Sequence record: PX092659.1
Strand: one strand, 5' to 3'
Source: a phage
Length of the DNA stretch: 64,000 nucleotides
Part shown: positions 1 through 9,654 of the stretch, in pieces
Layout: each line of letters opens with the position of its first letter
Numbering within the stretch: position 1 is the first letter of the stretch
Program-made: the position numbers and the translations under genes
The notes under the pieces: model-generated
What the model saw: the letters and a program-made list of their open reading frames with translations, nothing else
Database searches by the model: none
Told to the model about the DNA's origin: nothing

Positions 1-1279
1 CGTTGTTACGATATACTGCCATACGTCCAGAAGCCTGTCTTAGTCCAGTGCCACCTTTCATAATTAGATCTACAACAATAGGGTCGAGTTTACCCTCGAC
101 AATACGTTGAACACGGCCTGCAAGCTGTTCAATGAGAGATTCATTATTAATGAGGCTTCCCATTATTAAACAAGATAGCTCATTAAGGGAAATACCTTCA
201 GAGAAGATACTTTGAGCTGCTGCAAGTACACAAGGGCCACCTTTTGCTATATCTTCCTGAATTTTTAACCGATCATCAAGTGGGGTTGCGCCAATAATCT
301 CATAGGTTGTGACGCCTCGCTGAGATAGTGCTTCTAGTACTGTTTGGATTAACTCTGTTCTATCACTTACAATGAGTACTTTATGTCCCATATTCACATA
401 TAAATGTGCTAGGTTTATAATAGTCTCTCGATATTCATGGTGATTATATACATCGTTAGCACGTAATGCCCATGGTACGTTTTGGTTCCCTGATAACTCA
501 ACAGGTACGGAGTATCTATGGATTGTAGGTGCAACAGTATTATTAACCGGTGGGCTAAAGATCTTATATCCAAAGAAATCTTTGAACATAACTTGTAGAC
601 CATCTTTACGTTTTAATGTTCCAGATAGCCCAATCTTATAGCGAGCACATGATATTTCTAGGAAGTTAGTGAAAGTTGTAGCCACACAATGGTGAACTTC
701 ATCAACTATAACAGTACCGAATACTTTAGAAAGATTATTCGCATGTTTATTCACTGTTTGAATATTACTGACCACAATTGGTGGATCAATATTGTATTTT
801 CCAGAACCTATGATACCAGGTTCAAACCCAAACCATTTACGAACTTCTGCTGCCCACATTTCACGAATGGATGTATTCGTACAGATTACCAAAGTTTTCT
901 GGCCAAATTTATACGCAAGTGCAAGGGCTAGGATAGTTTTACCAAATCCAGGCTTACCATTAATAATACAGGTATCATCACACTCTTCATATATTGGGAG
1001 CTGGTCTTCTTCACGCAGTTTGAACTTAGGTTTTGGTATATCTACCGGAGCTAATGTGCGTTTATCTACTAATTCGTATTTTACTCCTTTAGCATCTAAT
1101 AAATCTAGACGCGTGATAGGAATCCACTTAATCTCTTTGGCAACAACACCACTATTCTTATACATAATAGGGTATTTACTAGTCATTGTCTCAATGTGAT
1201 AAGTGGTTTGCTTACTACAATAATCCCAAAGTTCATCATCGGGCTTGAAATAGGCTTTATTAGATATAACAACCTTCAT
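1..1279 (-). CDS. SF2 DEAD/DEAH-box helicase, partial (C-terminus lies beyond window start)
   Basis: Absent from ORF track because it runs off the edge. Minus-strand translation from ATG at 1279 shows Walker A GKPGFGKT, motif II DEVHH and motif VI-like QLAGRVQR. Start overlaps upstream stop (ATGA). Confidence 0.75.
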   Translation of the reverse strand, partial: MKVVISNKAYFKPDDELWDYCSKQTTYHIETMTSKYPIMYKNSGVVAKEIKWIPITRLDLLDAKGVKYELVDKRTLAPVDIPKPKFKLREEDQLPIYEECDDTCIINGKPGFGKTILALALAYKFGQKTLVICTNTSIREMWAAEVRKWFGFEPGIIGSGKYNIDPPIVVSNIQTVNKHANNLSKVFGTVIVDEVHHCVATTFTNFLEISCARYKIGLSGTLKRKDGLQVMFKDFFGYKIFSPPVNNTVAPTIHRYSVPVELSGNQNVPWALRANDVYNHHEYRETIINLAHLYVNMGHKVLIVSDRTELIQTVLEALSQRGVTTYEIIGATPLDDRLKIQEDIAKGGPCVLAAAQSIFSEGISLNELSCLIMGSLINNESLIEQLAGRVQRIVEGKLDPIVVDLIMKGGTGLRQASGRMAVYRNN

Positions 1280-1773
1280 AATTTTATTCTAAGTCTAGGA
1301 ATTTCAGGCTCCTCTTGATGGACTTGATAAATAACAGGGCTATTATTTACCAGAATATAGCTTATATAAGCTGGAACATAGGATAATACAAATGGATATG
1401 GAACTTTAGCTACATAGCATTGGTATTTTCCGTTATAAATTCTAGCTGAATGCAAAACTTTAGAGGTGACAACATCATAGAACGTAGTTTTCTTCCAGTT
1501 AATAAGATTTCCATCAGAATCTATAAATTGGCTACGCTTTGACCCAACTAATTGAGACAACATTGATATTCTACCTCTAATAGGATAGAGCTTGTATGGT
1601 AATTCTTTCCGTTTCTCAAATAGAATAAGTCTACGTTGAGAAAAAGTGCCAGGCAACTTCCTGTTATCTAGCACATATTTATTATACCTTGTTATAATTA
1701 CGGAATAATCACCTTCTTGCTCAATTGATACAAACGCCCGTAAAGCATATACGGGCAATTTGAAATCAAGCAC
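1276..1773 (-). CDS. hypothetical protein
   Basis: 165-aa track ORF, co-oriented and overlapping stop/start with helicase and polymerase genes. Confidence 0.55.
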   Translation of the reverse strand: MLDFKLPVYALRAFVSIEQEGDYSVIITRYNKYVLDNRKLPGTFSQRRLILFEKRKELPYKLYPIRGRISMLSQLVGSKRSQFIDSDGNLINWKKTTFYDVVTSKVLHSARIYNGKYQCYVAKVPYPFVLSYVPAYISYILVNNSPVIYQVHQEEPEIPRLRIKL

Positions 1774-4333
1774 CGAGAATCCTTCTCACGTTATCCAAAT
1801 CTTTACATACAGCAATAAACTTATCATCCTTGTATTTGCTATGATCTGGATGCTCTTTATCCATTGCAGCTAGTTTCTTATACTCGAATTCTGCATCAAG
1901 TAATACACCCTTGACATAACGAGTATATTCATCATCATCAATACAAGCGATTGATGGATGCTGCTTCTTCATCTTACCACAAGAGTAGTCACGAGAACCT
2001 CCAGCTTCAGAATCAGAATCAATACCAATCGGACAACCAGGAATACTGATACCGCGGTCTTTCTGAATATTACGAATCAGGATTTCATTGTATTGGTCGA
2101 TCAAATCCTCACGAACAATAGCAACTACGGAGTCGTGAACCAGCATAACAATCTTCATCTCTTGTTCTAGGCCAAGAGAAATGATCTCATTATCTGCATC
2201 TACAGCACCTAAAAGGAGGCTATCAGAGGAAGCAGACTGAATGATTGCGTTAAATCCAGAACGAATTTCTTCACCCTGAACACCACGGTCTTCGGAGTGG
2301 ATATTGTGCAGACGACGCTTACGACCAAAGTGACTATAGATAAATCCATGATTCTTGATCTGATCGTGGCACTTATCAATCCAACGCTTAAGCTGCGGGA
2401 ACTGACCGAAGTAAGTTTCGATATACTCTTTAGCATCTGCAACCGTACATTCTACAAACGGTTCGCCTGTCTTAGCAGCCTGTTCCAGAAGAGCTTCGTT
2501 AACAGAATGAGCTACTTTAGCTGGGCCAGAACCATACAAAATACCGAAGGTAATTGCCTTAGCAGCCTGACGCAGAGCTGGGAATAACTTTTTAACATCA
2601 CGAGGTTCACATTGCAATTTAAATACCATGTGGGCGATGTTAGAGTGGAAGTCGGGGTATTTATCAGGTTCATTTCTCATGTTGATAAATACCTGTTGCA
2701 TATTTCTATCACCAGATAGAACAGCAGCATAATAAACTTCCGCAGTTGTTAAGTCCCATGCGATTACACGATACCCGGGAGGAGCTACTACACAACCCTT
2801 GATAATAGATTCATCACGAGGTAACTGTTGCAGGTTCAGTTTACCAGAAGAACTCAGACGACCAGAAGTAGTCATATGTTCATGGAAACCAGTACGAATG
2901 CAACCATCAGCATCAATGCTCAGAAGAATCTTCTCAACGTAAGTAGAGATTAGCTTAGTCAGCTTACGAATCTCTAGTAGAGTCTTAGCAATTGGATGCT
3001 GTGTAGACAGTTCGTTCAGAGCTTCTGCATCTGTAGAGTCTGCTCCAGTATCCGTCAATTTACCTGTTGGAGTTAAGCCAACATAATCAAACAGAAGAAC
3101 ACGTAGCTGCTTAACAGAGTTTGGGTTAAACGCTTCGTTCTGATCTTTCTCTAGCTGAACGACTTCTGGATAAGTATACAGCTTTTCACGAGCTTTATTC
3201 AGATTATGAGTTAACTGGTACTGAGCTTCTTTTAAACGATCAATAGAAATAGGTACACCACGATCCTCAACACGCTGGAGAAATACACAACCAGGCATTA
3301 GAACATCATAATACAGACTGCAAAGTTTTTCATTCTTCTCAATTTTTGGTAAGAAGAAATTGTGCAAACGTATGGTGGCATCGGTATCTTTTGCAGCGTA
3401 AGGCCACATAATATCAAACGGAATTAAATCATATGTGAAATCTTCTTTCTTGATTTTATGTGCTTTGCAGTAATCATCTTTGAACTTATCTAGTTCAAAG
3501 TCATAGTCACCCATATCTGTATACTTCATTGCTAGAGATTTCAAGCCATGAGTACCACGACGCTCATCTAGAACATAATGCTGCAACATAGTATCATGGA
3601 GCCTGCGTTCTTTATGTGCTTTATCAAAAGTAAGTCCCAGATGGTACTTATAAAAGTGCATATCAAACTTCAAGTTGTGAAAAACAATAGTGTGGTTTTC
3701 ACTATCCAGAATTTTCTGGAGATAATATACTGCAACCTCTGTGAGACAATCAGAATCGATATATACACCCTGGTACTCTTGGTGAGATATAGAAACACCA
3801 AGCAGATAACCATCTCGACAGTATAGTGCTGAGGTTTCGGAGTCGAATGCGACAGGTCCGATAACCATATTATACACCATCTTGATATATTCTTCCGCCT
3901 CGTCAGGGTCAGTAATAGGACGGTAATCACCAGCTTTTGCAATCTTCTCACGACCATTGATAATATCGTGGATATTCTCTACTGTTGCATCGAAAACTGG
4001 TTTCATTTCAGGCTTAAAGTGTAACTGGGCTGGGCTGATACTCGCAATCCAGTTAGCATATCCATTATACTCTACACGTTTACCAGTATAGTCACCAATG
4101 CCTTTCTTACCTGCGAAATACAGGAAAGGTTCAGCACCTACTAGTATAACAAAATCATAATCATTCGGGTCAAATGGGTTTTCCGGGGTCCCGATAGTAA
4201 TATGTTTTTTGAGCAAACGACCGGACAACTTCTCGTTACACATATGGAATACATCAACTTCCTCGCCGTATAGCTGGAAATGTTTATCGTAACGAGTGTT
4301 GTTTAGAGCTTTATCAACTACTGCGATTTTCAA
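1766..4333 (-). CDS. DNA polymerase, family A (Pol I-like) with 3'-5' exonuclease domain
   Basis: 855 aa; exo motifs FDSETSALY and YAAKDTD; polymerase motif B RQAAKAITFGILYG; motif C MLVHDS. Confidence 0.9.
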   Translation of the reverse strand: MKIAVVDKALNNTRYDKHFQLYGEEVDVFHMCNEKLSGRLLKKHITIGTPENPFDPNDYDFVILVGAEPFLYFAGKKGIGDYTGKRVEYNGYANWIASISPAQLHFKPEMKPVFDATVENIHDIINGREKIAKAGDYRPITDPDEAEEYIKMVYNMVIGPVAFDSETSALYCRDGYLLGVSISHQEYQGVYIDSDCLTEVAVYYLQKILDSENHTIVFHNLKFDMHFYKYHLGLTFDKAHKERRLHDTMLQHYVLDERRGTHGLKSLAMKYTDMGDYDFELDKFKDDYCKAHKIKKEDFTYDLIPFDIMWPYAAKDTDATIRLHNFFLPKIEKNEKLCSLYYDVLMPGCVFLQRVEDRGVPISIDRLKEAQYQLTHNLNKAREKLYTYPEVVQLEKDQNEAFNPNSVKQLRVLLFDYVGLTPTGKLTDTGADSTDAEALNELSTQHPIAKTLLEIRKLTKLISTYVEKILLSIDADGCIRTGFHEHMTTSGRLSSSGKLNLQQLPRDESIIKGCVVAPPGYRVIAWDLTTAEVYYAAVLSGDRNMQQVFINMRNEPDKYPDFHSNIAHMVFKLQCEPRDVKKLFPALRQAAKAITFGILYGSGPAKVAHSVNEALLEQAAKTGEPFVECTVADAKEYIETYFGQFPQLKRWIDKCHDQIKNHGFIYSHFGRKRRLHNIHSEDRGVQGEEIRSGFNAIIQSASSDSLLLGAVDADNEIISLGLEQEMKIVMLVHDSVVAIVREDLIDQYNEILIRNIQKDRGISIPGCPIGIDSDSEAGGSRDYSCGKMKKQHPSIACIDDDEYTRYVKGVLLDAEFEYKKLAAMDKEHPDHSKYKDDKFIAVCKDLDNVRRILGA

Positions 4334-4395
4334 ATTTAATCTCCTCTTGGTAAGTAAGTATAACTTCAGTGTTTCTTCTCTAACTTACCAATATA

Positions 4396-5286
4396 TTATA
4401 CCAAATCTTTGAGCGATTCAGCAACTAAAATTTCAATACGTTTTGCTAACATATCAATTTCATCTTTGTTTAAATCACCTGGGTCTTTACCTTCAGGCAG
4501 AAGAAAGTTAGCCACTACAGGCGTTAAACGCGTTTTTGTACGAATTAGCTTGGCCAACGCTTGTGCAGCTTTATTACCAGAAGCATCATTATCTAGTAAG
4601 ATAACAACAACTTTTACACCAGCAATAATATAAGGACTGAACTTATCTGCAATGTTATCCGAGGTAAACTGATGTGTACCAAAGCAGCAAGAAGCATAGT
4701 CTATACCATTATCCTCTAGGTTCAGCATATCAAAGATACCTTCAACTAGAATAAGAACTGGAGTATTATATCGTACAGGGAAAATCGGTGGTGAAACTTG
4801 TTTTGGTTTTACTAAGTATTTAGGAGGGGCAGAACTGTTTATAGAACGACCCAAAAATAGGATATTGCGTCCAACAGCATCTGTGATTGGGAATACAATT
4901 CTGCCTTCCCAATTTTCTTGGTGTTGGAAAGCAAAATATTTCTTCAAGGTCTTAGAACTTATACCTCGGAAATCACCTTCGAAAAGAAAGGCAGATTCTG
5001 GGATTGCAAGATTCGTAGATCCATTTCTAATTTCAGAAATTTTTTTACGTACTTGGGATAGTCTTGGAGATTGTCTATATTGAGTTTCATTAAAATAATG
5101 ATAAATACTAGGTATACCTTTGCCAAAACCGCAACTCAAACAGTGCATAATCCCGGTTTCAGGATCAATACGCAAACTTGGGTGTTTATCGTCATGATCT
5201 GGATTCAGGCAGCATATAAGAATATCTCCTCCAGTATCTTTATACTCAATTCCTTTCAGATCAAGTAGTTCTGTTATTCTACTCAT
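4396..5286 (-). CDS. DNA primase (zinc-binding plus TOPRIM)
   Basis: 296 aa; N-terminal Cys-rich zinc motif (CCLNPDH...HCLSCG); TOPRIM-like acidic motifs EGIFDM and LLDND. Confidence 0.7.
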   Translation of the reverse strand: MSRITELLDLKGIEYKDTGGDILICCLNPDHDDKHPSLRIDPETGIMHCLSCGFGKGIPSIYHYFNETQYRQSPRLSQVRKKISEIRNGSTNLAIPESAFLFEGDFRGISSKTLKKYFAFQHQENWEGRIVFPITDAVGRNILFLGRSINSSAPPKYLVKPKQVSPPIFPVRYNTPVLILVEGIFDMLNLEDNGIDYASCCFGTHQFTSDNIADKFSPYIIAGVKVVVILLDNDASGNKAAQALAKLIRTKTRLTPVVANFLLPEGKDPGDLNKDEIDMLAKRIEILVAESLKDLV

Positions 5287-5816
5287 GCGTTTAGCTCCTC
5301 TAATGCAGGATAATTAGACGGGTCGAATATTTCTTGAATAGCGTTTTCCCCATGGAACTGTAGTCGTAGCTTATTAATCTTATCTATTGCTGATTCTAAA
5401 TTCTGGTACTCAAAATATCCACCGAATACTTTCTTTTTATTGGTATCTCTTAGTTGAACTTGCCATTTTTGCCTTTGTTTATTCCAACTAACTCCTATAT
5501 ACCCTGATTTACTTTTAGCTGCTTTATTCCTACTATTCTCTTGGTGAGAAGAATCTTTAAGATTAACCCAACGATTATCACTTCGTATACGGTTTATATG
5601 GTCTACCTCTTCAGGTAAATAACCTTCCATATAGAGAAAAGCTAGTTGATGAGCATAGTAAGGCTTTCCATCTACCCATATACATATATAATCATCTTTT
5701 CTTAAAGAACCAGCTATACTACCAGCTCTTTGATTGCCTCTAGATACTTTTCTAGTAAACTCCCCAGTTCCTGGGGAGTAATCAAATAACTCTTTTAGCC
5801 TTTCCTGTGTTATCAT
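5283..5816 (-). CDS. HNH homing endonuclease (paralog family)
   Basis: 177 aa; N-terminus MITQERLKELFDY shared with other copies; HNH-like region AHQLAFLYMEG...VDHINRIRSDNRWVNL. Confidence 0.7.
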   Translation of the reverse strand: MITQERLKELFDYSPGTGEFTRKVSRGNQRAGSIAGSLRKDDYICIWVDGKPYYAHQLAFLYMEGYLPEEVDHINRIRSDNRWVNLKDSSHQENSRNKAAKSKSGYIGVSWNKQRQKWQVQLRDTNKKKVFGGYFEYQNLESAIDKINKLRLQFHGENAIQEIFDPSNYPALEELNA

Positions 5817-7279
5817 ATATCGCTGGCCTGTTCACCTGTTGAATTTTCAGCTTTGTCTTTCTTAGCACGTTTAGGTTGAGCCGGCTTATCCTTCTCAATA
5901 GGGATAACGAACTCAGCTTCCATTTGAGATATATCTTCCATTGCTAGGTTGGTAGTGTTATCCATTCGCAGAGTTTCCCAGTTCATTTTAGGCATAAACT
6001 TCACGCTATCAGAAGAACGAGTCTTAACGAAGTCAAACATAATAGCACCTTGACCATTATCAGCTTTTGCAGCATTAAGATTAGCAGCCATGTCTGCGGA
6101 ATCAAGAATCCCCTTTGACATACGTGTTCTACCATCCTGATCGATCTGGTAAGGAGCTACACCAGCCACGTTATGTTTCTGGCAGATAGATTTGAAAGAC
6201 GAGCTAACAACCATCTGTTCTTTCCAGTCATACATATCAATGGTTTTAGAATCTGGAAGTCGGGTTTGGTTAATATAGTCCAGTAAAGCTACTGTAACTT
6301 TATCACCATATCTAGCAACTAATTTATTTAACTCTACATCAACTGTTGTAATGGACAGTTCAGGGTCATAAACGATAATCATAGGAGTATGTAGTTCATA
6401 CCCCTCTATTAGTTTACTCTCCATATCGTAGAAATCACTCATCTTAGCCATTGTGTACTGTTTAACAAAGTTATCGAAAAGCTCTTCACCACCATTAAAC
6501 ATTCTAGCTCTAGTTCTGGCTAATCTCAACAGAGCTGCACCTTCTAGAGTATTATTACGCATTGCTAGTGCTGATACACCAGCTAACATGGCTAGATTAC
6601 GTCTAAATACTTCATGTTCTTTCATCTCAATTGAGAAGTATGGAGCAATATCTCCATTCAAATATTGCTGAACCTGTATGTTTGAACAGATAATGGATTT
6701 ACCAGTACCACGCCAACCACCAAGCAGTAACGTTTCTGTGCGAGCTAAACCAATTTGAGCGTCGAACTCATTACAAATACCAAGAGCGATTAAGTTCAGT
6801 TTGGTATCTTCTTCTCTCTGGAAAATACGCATGTTATCTGCGTTGAATACTTTTCCAGTATTCGTTACTTTCTCTTCTAATTTTAAGTGAAGGGAGGCAA
6901 CTCGGTTGAGAATTTCTCCCTGATCCAGCATTGTTAAATCTTGAAGCACGTCTGTTTCTAGAAGCTTCAGGAATAAATCCTGTGTATATTCGGCCTCTAG
7001 GACTTCAAGTGCCTGTTCCATGCTCACTTCTGGAATTTGAGTGTTAGCTAAGACGACTAGAGCTTGAGAAAGGCGGGCGTTCCTATTAGCTTCAAGCATA
7101 AGTGCGTCAATGGACGGCATTGTGTTATATTTTTTATAATAATTCTGGACGGCTTGGTAAATTGAGGAGAAAGCGTCATTAAAATGATCTTTATGCAGTT
7201 TTGAGAATGTTTCCAATGCTATTTGCTTCTGTTCGGAAGCTAGAAGCATCTTCAACACTACAGCTTGCACGTTAAACAT
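5813..7279 (-). CDS. P-loop NTPase, probable replicative helicase-like protein
   Basis: 488 aa; Walker A-like GGWRGTGKS; sits between primase and ligase genes; start ATGA-overlaps upstream HNH stop. Confidence 0.5.
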   Translation of the reverse strand: MFNVQAVVLKMLLASEQKQIALETFSKLHKDHFNDAFSSIYQAVQNYYKKYNTMPSIDALMLEANRNARLSQALVVLANTQIPEVSMEQALEVLEAEYTQDLFLKLLETDVLQDLTMLDQGEILNRVASLHLKLEEKVTNTGKVFNADNMRIFQREEDTKLNLIALGICNEFDAQIGLARTETLLLGGWRGTGKSIICSNIQVQQYLNGDIAPYFSIEMKEHEVFRRNLAMLAGVSALAMRNNTLEGAALLRLARTRARMFNGGEELFDNFVKQYTMAKMSDFYDMESKLIEGYELHTPMIIVYDPELSITTVDVELNKLVARYGDKVTVALLDYINQTRLPDSKTIDMYDWKEQMVVSSSFKSICQKHNVAGVAPYQIDQDGRTRMSKGILDSADMAANLNAAKADNGQGAIMFDFVKTRSSDSVKFMPKMNWETLRMDNTTNLAMEDISQMEAEFVIPIEKDKPAQPKRAKKDKAENSTGEQASDI

Positions 7280-7853
7280 TATCTAGCAGCTCCTCTGTAA
7301 AGTTATCCGCTATATTCTGCGGTTTAACCCTCTCTATATCTAGAGCATCTAGAGCTGCGAAATCTCCATACAGGGCTAAAAGCAGCTTATCTCTATACCA
7401 CAGAGCTTCTCCTAGAGTTTTTAGGGTTTTTCTAAATACTTTGGAGTTTTTAGATATGGTTACTTTAAATGTGTTATTTTTTGTTACTTCTATATTACGA
7501 ATGCCTAGCTTGTTACCTATAAAGCTATTAGCGGAATTTTGAGAGGAAGTAACTTCACGTAAGTTATTCCAAGTATTATCAGTTTTAATTCTATTTTTAT
7601 GATCTACCTTGTCAGGAATTTCTCCTTCCATGTATAGAAAGGCCCACCTATGCGCTCCCATAGATTTTTGTATACCTGACTCTAAGGTTATCTTTATATA
7701 AATGTAGCCCGATGAATGCATATAGCCTGCAGGTTTGTTAGCGTGCTTAGCATTGAACGCAGGATTATTTTCTCTAGGTAGCCAGTAAAAATTTCCAGTA
7801 TCAGGCTCATATCTTAATAATGTTTTAAGATACTGCTGGGTAATCTCCCCCAT
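7272..7853 (-). CDS. HNH homing endonuclease (paralog family)
   Basis: 193 aa; HNH-like region AHRWAFLYMEGEIPDKVDHKNRIKTDNTWNNL. Confidence 0.65.
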   Translation of the reverse strand: MGEITQQYLKTLLRYEPDTGNFYWLPRENNPAFNAKHANKPAGYMHSSGYIYIKITLESGIQKSMGAHRWAFLYMEGEIPDKVDHKNRIKTDNTWNNLREVTSSQNSANSFIGNKLGIRNIEVTKNNTFKVTISKNSKVFRKTLKTLGEALWYRDKLLLALYGDFAALDALDIERVKPQNIADNFTEELLDNV

Positions 7854-7869
7854 TATGTAGCCTTCTAAT

Positions 7870-7897
7870 ATACAAGAAAGGAGAACCGAAGTTCTCC
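7870..7897 (-). terminator. rho-independent terminator (minus strand)
   Basis: Stem GGAGAAC / GTTCTCC with 4-nt loop, followed on the minus strand by TTTCTTGT; lies downstream of CDS 7913-8680. Confidence 0.6.
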
Positions 7898-7912
7898 TTA
7901 TCTGCCTTCTAA

Positions 7913-8680
7913 TTATTCAGCAGCCGCAGCTTTTGCATCCAGTTTAGCACGCTTAGCGGCACCATCATAGTCCTTAGCAACCAGACCACGACGGGACAGC
8001 ATAGATTTAACACCACGCTCAGACTTACCAGTTTTCTCAGCGATCTCAGCAACAGTCATGTTAACCAGATCCAGACCTTCTAACAGATCTTCACGAGTTT
8101 TAGCACTTGAAGTTTCCTGTACCGGCATAGCCGCAATACGACCTTCACGGAGCAGGCTCAGAGCTTTACCACGGATCTGCTTAATATTGCGACCGAAGTG
8201 AGCAGCGATAGCTTCAATAGTAGCACCAGCAACAACCTGATTAACAAAGTCAGTTTCTTCATCCGGAGTGAAGGAACGAACAGCAGCAGCTTTTTCAGTT
8301 GGTTTAACAGAAGCGGTCATTTCCAGACTCAGGATCTTACCCTGTACCTGTTTAGCACCAAACTGACCACCAGCTACAGCAGCAGCGATTTCAGCATAAG
8401 TATACTGACCAGCATGAGCGTTCAGGAAATCAACCAGTTCAGCTTCCTGCTCAGGAGTCCACGGGGATTTCTGTACTTCGTTAGCTTTCTGTACTTCGAA
8501 ACCTTCTTTACGCAGCTTAGAGCCAACAGAGCGAGCGGTAACGTCTTTGCCAGTTTCAGCAGCCAGTTCAGCAGCGATAGCCGCTACTTGTTCTTGAGAG
8601 ATTACAGCAACACCCAGAGCAGTGGCTTTTGCTTTCAGAGACTCGGTTACACCTTCTACGTTCCAGTTCAGTTTAGACAT
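7913..8680 (-). CDS. hypothetical Ala/Lys-rich protein with internal repeats (possible DNA-binding early protein)
   Basis: 255 aa; three internal repeats of the form AEIA...G...K; position next to the ligase resembles the D5-type gene of T5-like phages. Confidence 0.45.
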   Translation of the reverse strand: MSKLNWNVEGVTESLKAKATALGVAVISQEQVAAIAAELAAETGKDVTARSVGSKLRKEGFEVQKANEVQKSPWTPEQEAELVDFLNAHAGQYTYAEIAAAVAGGQFGAKQVQGKILSLEMTASVKPTEKAAAVRSFTPDEETDFVNQVVAGATIEAIAAHFGRNIKQIRGKALSLLREGRIAAMPVQETSSAKTREDLLEGLDLVNMTVAEIAEKTGKSERGVKSMLSRRGLVAKDYDGAAKRAKLDAKAAAAE

Positions 8681-9455
8681 TATTATTTTTCTCCAATAGT
8701 TCTTTAATCGACAGGATTTCTATCCCATTCGTTTCGGCTTTCTTATAAGATGAGGAAGAACGCTTCGATTCATCCTCACAGATTAGGTATTTGACGTCTT
8801 TGGTAACGGATTTCTTAACCGTATATCCTAGACCTTCTAAATAGTTTGTTGCATCCGTTCTATTTGCAAAATCTTGCAAAGATCCGGTAATACATACCGT
8901 TATTCCGTTTGGTTGGGCTACTAGACCATCAGTGATGATGACCTCAGCTTTAGCACCTTTAATACCGGTTGTGAATTTCCATGGTAATTCGATAACATCC
9001 TTGCCTTGTGGGGAATTTAGCCAGGCTTTATAATTTTCTCCAGCTTTGCCATCAGCTCTCACATCATGGAAGCTAGTGCAATTTTGGGATAATTTCTTTG
9101 CTGCAACCTCTCCAATTAGAGGGATTCCTAAAGAACCGAGAACTGAACCAAAGTCAATGTCTCCGCGAACTTTAGTATTTAATTCGCTAATTAACTTAGC
9201 GGCAACCTTGCTACCCACGGCTCTAACCAAATCTTCTTCGGTTAGGTAAAATAGTTCTGAAATCTTCGTCAGCTCCAGCTTCTCAATAGTTTTTGGGCCA
9301 AAGCCCTTTAACTTCATTTTTGTACAGAAGTTCTCAATTAACTTACTTGACTGCGCTGGACAGTTGGACTTATTCCTACAGAATAATTGTCCGTTGACAA
9401 GATCTAGCTTAGAACCACAAGAGGGACATTGTGTTGGAATTTCGATTTTCATCAA
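8673..9455 (-). CDS. ligB: NAD-dependent DNA ligase, C-terminal subunit (zinc finger / HhH / BRCT)
   Basis: 260 aa; Cys4 zinc finger CPSCGS...CRNKSNC; HhH-like and BRCT-like C-terminus (VCITGSL); complements the adenylation-domain ORF at 9655-10626. Confidence 0.75.
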   Translation of the reverse strand: MMKIEIPTQCPSCGSKLDLVNGQLFCRNKSNCPAQSSKLIENFCTKMKLKGFGPKTIEKLELTKISELFYLTEEDLVRAVGSKVAAKLISELNTKVRGDIDFGSVLGSLGIPLIGEVAAKKLSQNCTSFHDVRADGKAGENYKAWLNSPQGKDVIELPWKFTTGIKGAKAEVIITDGLVAQPNGITVCITGSLQDFANRTDATNYLEGLGYTVKKSVTKDVKYLICEDESKRSSSSYKKAETNGIEILSIKELLEKNNNV

Positions 9456-9482
9456 ATTTCTTCCTTATCAATTTATATAAAT

Positions 9483-9511
9483 ATTATAGCAAGTATTTAA
9501 GCATTTAGCAA
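9483..9511 (-). promoter_or_regulatory. sigma70-type early promoter (minus): TTGCTA-N17-TATAAT
   Basis: Reverse complement reads TTGCTA, 17-nt spacer, TATAAT; member of the repeated cassette. Confidence 0.65.
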
Positions 9512-9575
9512 CTACAATTTTAACTAACTTTGCTCACCCTCGCCATAACTTTCTATCCCTCAACTGAATGATAAT

Positions 9576-9604
9576 AGTATATACCTAAGCGGCGAAAATG
9601 TCAA
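9576..9604 (-). promoter_or_regulatory. second promoter class (minus): TTGACATTTTCGC-type
   Basis: Reverse complement reads TTGACA ttttcgccgcttaggta TATACT; shares a 13-nt identity TTGACATTTTCGC with the promoter at 39953-39981. Confidence 0.55.
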
Positions 9605-9654
9605 TAACCACTTTATAATTCCGATATGGTAGATGGGTAGCAAAGGGTTATGTA

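Noticed and set aside
1958-3957. Short ORFs on both strands nested in the DNA polymerase gene (1958-2170, 2209-2442, 2297-2587, 3578-3826, 3670-3957)
   Set aside because: Embedded in, or antisense to, an 855-aa ORF with clear polymerase motifs.
8198-8707. 169-aa plus-strand ORF
   Set aside because: Antisense to minus-strand gene 7913-8680; Ser/Phe-rich low-complexity translation.
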